64,000 nt of DNA from Candidatus Poribacteria bacterium (GTDB lineage Bacteria > Poribacteria > WGA-4E > WGA-3G). The stretch lies in assembly GCA_965198235.1 (NCBI GenBank), contig OZ240248.1:1536001-1600000 (forward strand). Direction: 5' to 3'. The notes under the pieces are model-generated. The model had not been told where the DNA came from. It ran no database searches and saw nothing but the letters and a program-made list of their open reading frames with translations. Position numbers and translations under genes: made by a program. Shown piece after piece: positions 58,407-64,000 of the stretch (within the stretch, counting starts at the first letter, position 1; every line of letters begins with the position of its first letter).

Positions 58407-59213
58407 ATGTTTTTGTTTAAAAATGTGCGGATAGGTCTCGCGAGTTTTATAGCAGTCTTTTTGCTAATAGCACTACCCAGTTTCGCTGAGATTGACCCCG
58501 AGAATATTATGGGAATGTGGCTCTTTGACGAGGGGAAGGGCAATGTTGCTACTGATTCGTCGAAACAGGGAAATGATGGTGAAATCCACGGCGCGAAATG
58601 GGTAGACGGGAAATTTGGAAAAGCACTTGAATTTGATGGTGCTGGCAATTGGGTTGAGGTCCCACATTCAGACACTGTCGGGTTTAAGGCGGGTGTCTCG
58701 TTCACGATCACCTGTTATTTCAAAGGCAGCAGGGTCGCTGGCGCGCTTGTTGGCAAGAACTACGAGGATACATCGCAGGCGCTCCCCTGGTACCTGCTCT
58801 GGAACGGAGGTGGCGATAACAAGGTGACCCTCTACCTGCGCGACAGTGCGTCGGCAAGTTTCCGAGCAGGCGGCACTACCGAAATTGGAGACGACAAATG
58901 GCACTTTGTCGTCGGCAGAGCCGACGCAAGTACTGGTAAGGCTTCGATATGGATAGATGGCGAGATGGAAGCCGAGGTTGATTTCAATGAAAAAGACGGA
59001 TACGGTACCGGTGAAGGTGTGTTTCACATCGCACGGCACTATGATCGGTATACTGATGGTATTATTGATGATGTCGCTCTCTTCAACGTCGCTTTGGAAG
59101 AAGAGGATATAAAGGCTCTCATGAACGATGGTGTTGAAACTGCCGCGGCGGTTGAACCTGTGAACAAGTTAACAACGACGTGGGGCAGAATCAAACGACA
59201 GATAAACAGATAG
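58407..59213 (+). CDS. Secreted LamG-domain protein with KLTTTWGRIK tail
   Basis: Signal peptide; WLFDEG.G, GKFGKALEFDG, WHFV, GIIDDVALFN. Confidence 0.88.
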   Translation: MFLFKNVRIGLASFIAVFLLIALPSFAEIDPENIMGMWLFDEGKGNVATDSSKQGNDGEIHGAKWVDGKFGKALEFDGAGNWVEVPHSDTVGFKAGVSFTITCYFKGSRVAGALVGKNYEDTSQALPWYLLWNGGGDNKVTLYLRDSASASFRAGGTTEIGDDKWHFVVGRADASTGKASIWIDGEMEAEVDFNEKDGYGTGEGVFHIARHYDRYTDGIIDDVALFNVALEEEDIKALMNDGVETAAAVEPVNKLTTTWGRIKRQINR

Positions 59214-59222
59214 GGAAAAATC

Positions 59223-60368
59223 ATGAAACAGATACAGGCTTTTTCGGTGCAGCTTGTAAACCGAAAACTTACTATACAGACATTTGCTTTAGTGCTATTG
59301 CTGTTTGCAGGATTGAATTGCGGGACAGAGAATCCCGTTAAGGAAACGGTAGACCCCTCCGCAGTTGAGGCACTGACAGGCTCGCTGCGTGGAGAGGTGC
59401 AATCTATTGACGGTGTATTGATTCAGGTGCGTTTACTAAGAGATGGGCAACTCTTAGCGCAAACTGAGGCGCGGGCGACCTACGAACTTGCATCAATCGA
59501 AGTTGGAAACTACACACTCCAAATATCGGCAAAAGGATATGAGACTAAGGAGGTAAATGTCACAGTCACCGCTGGACAAGTTGTCTCGCTGGATAAGGTG
59601 GCACTTGTGGCGTTGGCGACCCCTGTCTCGCATCTGCGCGGTGTTTTAACGGATAAAGCGACAGGTGAACCTCTCGGTGAAGTCAACCTCCAACTTACTG
59701 ATAAAGCCGGGAAAGTTTACGAGGCGTTGACAACAGGGGTGGGTGTTTTCAGCTTTGAAAACCTCCCTGTAGAACAAGCCTTCACCTTAGCAATCGCACA
59801 TGCAGGTTACGAAGAAACCGAGGTCGCTGTGCATCCGATACCCGCGGCAGAGACATTGGAGTTACAGGTTCAAATCACTCGGCTCCCTGAACAGGACAAG
59901 TTGGATCCGGGTCAAGGCTTGAGTCTCGAAAGTCAGGCACCCGCCTTTGAATTACCGGATGGCGATGGCAAGTTGCACGCACTCGCTGATTATGTCGGCA
60001 ACAAGAATGTAGTGCTTATATTTTACCGCGGCGGCTGGTGACCGTTCTGCAGAGCGCAACTCGGAGAGTTGCAAAAAAACTATGCTAAAATTCGGGCGGC
60101 AGGCGCGGCGCTCATCGCTATCAGTTCCGATGATGAAGGCGATACCAAAAAGACGGTTCAAGGCAGTGGACTTGAATTCCCTGTACTCGCTGATAAGGAC
60201 AGAGAGGTAATCAAGGCTTACAATGTCTTGAATCCCGGTAACGACAGAATAGCCCGTCCTGCAACCTACGTTCTTCGCAAAGATGGGACAATCGTTTGGA
60301 AATCCCTTGATGGGGTAGCCGTACGTGTTCCGACGGCACAAATTCTCACGGAATTGGGTAAACTCTGA
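59223..60368 (+). CDS. Selenoprotein: lipoprotein with carboxypeptidase-regulatory-like domains fused to AhpC/TSA peroxiredoxin-like domain (UxxC)
   Basis: In-frame UGA at 60039 gives FYRGGW-U-PFCRAQLGEL; hairpin GCAACTC-GGA-GAGTTGC at 60056-60072; merges two track ORFs into 381 aa. Confidence 0.88.
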
Positions 60369-61492
60369 TGAAACCTCACGATACAGTTATAGCAGACATT
60401 ATCGCCGACAGCCAAGAGGCAGCGCGGCATCAAAATGCGCTTGACCGTCGACAATTCTTAACCCGGCTTGCTGCCGGTGTAGGTGGAATCGGTGGTGCAC
60501 TGAGCACACTCCCGGCGTTCGCGCAGTTGAGTAGTGGGCAGTTACAGCCTGATACCACGACAGGAACACCCCTTACATCTGTCGTTGAGGCTGTCAGTGA
60601 GAACGTCTGGGATGGCGATCGGCTCGATGAAGATGCTGTCAGTGAACTGATTGATCAGGCGATGATGAAGTTCACTGGACGTGCTTCCGCTAAAGAGGCG
60701 TGGCGAGATATTGTCCTACCCGACGACATCGTCGGTATAAAAATCAATCCACTCGGCGGACCCGAACTCAGCACACATCCTATCATTGTTGATAAGATCG
60801 TTGAGGGATTATACGGTGCCGGTGTCCTCAAAAAACAAATTATTATCTGGGACCGGTTTGAAAGCCACCTCTTGAACGCTGGGTATCCCATCAAGCAAGA
60901 TGAAGGCGAAGTGCAAACTTTTGCCTCTGACACAGGGGGTATCGGGTATGATGACGAGGTGTTTTACGAAAGCGGAAAAGACAGTGTTAACCGCCGAGAA
61001 AACGAAAGTACTCGCTCTCGGTATTCCCGAATCGTCACACAGCATGTTGATGTGTTGATTAATGTTCCTGTTTTGAAACACCATGAAATGGCGGGGGTCA
61101 GCGGGTGTTTAAAGAATCTCGCGTTTGGCAGTGTTGATAACACACGCCGGTTTCATGCGAAGCCGCTCTATTGCAACCCGGCTATCGCTGAGATTCTGGA
61201 GCATAAGGTCTTGAAAGATAAACTTGCCCTCAATATCGTTGATGGGTTGGTGGCATCGTTTGACCGAGGACCGACATACCACGCCGAAAGCACATGGAAA
61301 TACGGCAGTCTCTTTGTCAGTACAGATCCGGTTATTCTTGATGTCCTTGTCCTTCAGACTATCAACCAGAAGCGCGAGGAGATGGAGTTGGATTCTGTGT
61401 CTAAGTTAGCGAACCATATCAACACGGCGAGTGTGCTCGGTTTAGGCACAAATACGCTCGATCAAGCCGACCTTCAGAAAGTTGAGGTTTAA
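60368..61492 (+). CDS. DUF362-domain protein with Tat signal
   Basis: RRQFL; VGIKIN; INVPVLKHH..GVSGCLKN; STDPV..D. Confidence 0.85.
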   Translation: MKPHDTVIADIIADSQEAARHQNALDRRQFLTRLAAGVGGIGGALSTLPAFAQLSSGQLQPDTTTGTPLTSVVEAVSENVWDGDRLDEDAVSELIDQAMMKFTGRASAKEAWRDIVLPDDIVGIKINPLGGPELSTHPIIVDKIVEGLYGAGVLKKQIIIWDRFESHLLNAGYPIKQDEGEVQTFASDTGGIGYDDEVFYESGKDSVNRRENESTRSRYSRIVTQHVDVLINVPVLKHHEMAGVSGCLKNLAFGSVDNTRRFHAKPLYCNPAIAEILEHKVLKDKLALNIVDGLVASFDRGPTYHAESTWKYGSLFVSTDPVILDVLVLQTINQKREEMELDSVSKLANHINTASVLGLGTNTLDQADLQKVEV

Positions 61493-61494
61493 CG

Positions 61495-61830
61495 ATGAAA
61501 CACATTTTTATAGCAGTCAGCCATCAGCAGTCAGCGATCAGCAAGAGGGTATCATTTCACCAGAAAATCTCTTTCCTGAAGGTTTCCGAGAACCGACAGC
61601 CGACAGCCATTTTCATTCTCTTCTGCATCGCGATCGCCCTTTTTCAGATGACAGGATGTACCGTAACTTTCACGCAGAGTGATACGCTCCAGTTCAGTTT
61701 ATCCGAACCGGTAGAGGAAACGATGTCGATCGTTGCCGAGTTTGAAGCAGGCGAGGCTGACAGTGTTGCCGGTGATGTGACACAGAAAGCAGGGAGTGTC
61801 TGTGCAGGTGGGGCGTGTATTATCTATTAA
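61495..61830 (+). CDS. Small putative lipoprotein ending CAGGACIIY, with in-frame repeat insertion
   Basis: Coupled to DUF362 gene; hydrophobic stretch + TGC; repeat at 61511-61608. Confidence 0.55.
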   Translation: MKHIFIAVSHQQSAISKRVSFHQKISFLKVSENRQPTAIFILFCIAIALFQMTGCTVTFTQSDTLQFSLSEPVEETMSIVAEFEAGEADSVAGDVTQKAGSVCAGGACIIY

Positions 61831-61919
61831 CAGTCTGTCGTCTGCGTTGAGGAAGTCGCAAAGAGAAAGCGGGCTTATTAGCCCGCTTGTGGTAAGATTC
61901 GGTTTGAATGATAACGCTA

Positions 61920-62507
61920 CTAATCCGATTTGATTTTGCCCCATGTTGTCGTTAGATTCCCAGCCGGGTCAACGGGAAGCACACCTTCTTCGAGGAAGAT
62001 CGTCCACATGAGGACCGGGTCTCCGATAACCTCATCAATACCGAGTAACTCCACTGTTCCTTTCGGATACGGTTCATTGGATTTGTAGATGTGGTACTCG
62101 GTTGGGGCGTGTGGGGCATCTAACATGAGGATTTCGCCGGTATCCGTATACCCCTTTGTAAACCAGCCTTTCGGATCCTGTCCGCGGTCCTCCGGTGATG
62201 TATGTCGGCTATCCCATGCTTGGTAGACATAAGCCGGTCGGTCGATGTCAAACGTAAGTCGGTAGTCCTGTCCGCCGGGACAGTCCGCTGACGTGGAAAC
62301 TTGCGTTAAGCCAAGAAATTCTTTCGGAATATTCGTAATCGTATAGTCTCTATCGTGGAAAAATTTTCCACCTTCTTCCAACTCGGTGGCTTGATAGGCA
62401 CCACCCTTGTTATCCTTTATTTCTGTGACTTCTACATTCTCAGCGGCGAAGGCGGTTAACGCAACTGCAATACACAGTGCGGCGATACAAACATAAGCCA
62501 GTTTCAT
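61920..62507 (-). CDS. Secreted hypothetical protein with NLTTTWGKIK tail
   Basis: Signal peptide; AAGGAG SD; C-terminal motif shared with 58407. Confidence 0.8.
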   Translation of the reverse strand: MKLAYVCIAALCIAVALTAFAAENVEVTEIKDNKGGAYQATELEEGGKFFHDRDYTITNIPKEFLGLTQVSTSADCPGGQDYRLTFDIDRPAYVYQAWDSRHTSPEDRGQDPKGWFTKGYTDTGEILMLDAPHAPTEYHIYKSNEPYPKGTVELLGIDEVIGDPVLMWTIFLEEGVLPVDPAGNLTTTWGKIKSD

Positions 62508-62611
62508 TTTCAGTACTCCTTTTCATTTTGTTTGCAGTCTCGTAGAGACTTGAAAAAAAATAACATTTGTGTAATACTTAAATTGTATAACAATTTTTTT
62601 TAATTTGCAAA

Positions 62612-63198
62612 TCTTCTAACTATCAAAATCTGAGCGTCGTTTTTTTAACTATTAACTCTGGTCATTGTTCCACTTCGTTTCACGAAGGTTTCTGGTGAAT
62701 TGAGAAACCTTTGAGCACCTAAAGCAGGTTGAAGTTCACTGAAAACCACTGCGAAACGAAATTATGCCTTAAATGGCATAATTTGTCTTTGCTTTACATT
62801 TAGAGCAGTTTAACTATCAACTCGACTCCGTTATAGATGTTAAAGCACGAGTGTTTTTGCTTGGGGTTTTTGCTTGGGTGTTTCTGCGGATTTCTTCGAT
62901 GGTTAACAGATTCCCATAGTTAGAAAATCGTTTCACGAGGGTTTCTGGTTAATTCCAACTGCCTTAAAGACGAGAGAGTACCAACCCTACGTGAACTCGA
63001 CCAAAAACTTGTCCGAAACGAAGTGAAGGGGTGTTTTTGATAGGGGTGTTTTTGCTTGGGGTTTTTGATAGGGGTTTTTGATAGGGCATTTCTGCGGATT
63101 TCCCTGCGTATTGATAGGGGTTTTTGATAGGGTATTTCTGTGGATTTCCCTGCGTATTGCTTGGGTGTTTCTTTGCTCAGAGGCCCATGGTTAGAAAA
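62612..63198. repeat. Large composite repeat with low-complexity tracts
   Basis: TIR ends, interrupted 53-bp palindrome, TTTTTGATAGGGG/TTTTTGCTTGGGG arrays. Confidence 0.85.
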
Positions 63199-63216
63199 AT
63201 GGAAGAAGGAAGTCCT

Positions 63217-63537
63217 ATGGTTGAACACATCGTCCTACTGAAGTTAAAATCGGATGTTACCGCGACACAGTTGGAAACTTTGTCTGATGTGCTCTTGGGA
63301 ATGGCTGATGAAATTCCCGGTATTGAATCCATAACTGCTGGTACGAACAACAGTCCTGAAGGCAAAAGTCAGGGGTACACGTATGGTTTTATAGTGCGTT
63401 TTACAGACGAAGCGGCACGCGACGCATATCTGCCACATCCTTTTCACCGCCAAGTCGCGGGCGAACACATCCGTCCGCTTGTTGAGGATGTCCTTGTTTT
63501 CGATTATTCCGCACCTACCAACAACCAAAGCGTGTAG
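63217..63537 (+). CDS. Dabb family stress-responsive A/B barrel protein
   Basis: MVEHIVLLK, IPGI, YLPHPFH, VFDY. Confidence 0.9.
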   Translation: MVEHIVLLKLKSDVTATQLETLSDVLLGMADEIPGIESITAGTNNSPEGKSQGYTYGFIVRFTDEAARDAYLPHPFHRQVAGEHIRPLVEDVLVFDYSAPTNNQSV

Positions 63538-63649
63538 CTTGGAACATTGTCCTGCAAGCCTCTATAGGCTTGCACCAGGAAAGCGGATATACGGAAAAGA
63601 ACTAATTAACCAGAACTCACCGAACCGAACCGCAAGGAAAATTAAAAAA

Positions 63650-64000
63650 ATGAGTTGGAACATAGTCGTCGTTGTTTCAGATACGCTGCGAACCGCATAT
63701 CTCAGTCCTTATGGCAACGATTGGATTCGAACACCGAATTTAGCACGGTTTGCCGAACAGAGTGTCAGGTTTACGAACGCCCACCCGGAATGCTTACCAA
63801 CAATCCCCACGCGCCGGACTTTACATACCGGCAGACGCGCCTATCCATTCAGCACTTATACCCCTGTACCATGGGACAACGTCTATACCCCCGGTTGGCA
63901 ACCGATGTCTTCCGATGAACCCGCAATTGCTGAATCGCTTGTGCGAAATGGGTATCATACCGGTTTCTTCGCCGATGTGCCGCACTATTTTGTGCCGGGC
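63650..64000 (+). CDS. Sulfatase-family protein (partial, runs off window)
   Basis: NIVVVVSDTLR..YGNDWIRTPNLARFA..PTIPTRRTLHTGR; absent from ORF track. Confidence 0.85.
   Translation, partial: MSWNIVVVVSDTLRTAYLSPYGNDWIRTPNLARFAEQSVRFTNAHPECLPTIPTRRTLHTGRRAYPFSTYTPVPWDNVYTPGWQPMSSDEPAIAESLVRNGYHTGFFADVPHYFVPG

Overview
Bacterial chromosome segment, probably Ca. Poribacteria. This is inferred from secreted proteins ending in xLTTTWGxIK and dockerin+FlgD-Ig tails, not from a marker gene. Contents, left to right: a TrpD/YbiB-like gene; a Hen1-Pnkp RNA-repair operon; a ~21 kb surface-glycan locus (2 GT4s, epimerase, MurJ-like flippase, four sulfotransferases, Wzy-like protein, clan GH-A hydrolase, sulfatase, Wzi, priming transferase); housekeeping genes (lpxI/lpxA/lpxC-fabZ, mltG, ruvX, AarF, solitary DNA MTase, PspA, ABC pair, E2); an IsrB-carrying IS200/IS605 element inside a vapC pseudogene, with a readable guide and ATGA TAM; a type III R-M pair between two antitoxin paralogues; and a probable sigma54 operon. 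Two UGA-recoded selenoprotein genes are missed or split by the ORF track: a SelW-like Rdx and a lipoprotein-peroxiredoxin fusion, each with a hairpin 14 nt after the UGA. Many intergenic spacers hold nested, modular, palindromic repeats that abut start or stop codons and sometimes sit in frame inside genes. No CRISPR array, rRNA or tRNA was recognised. All calls come from reading motifs by eye; no searches were run.
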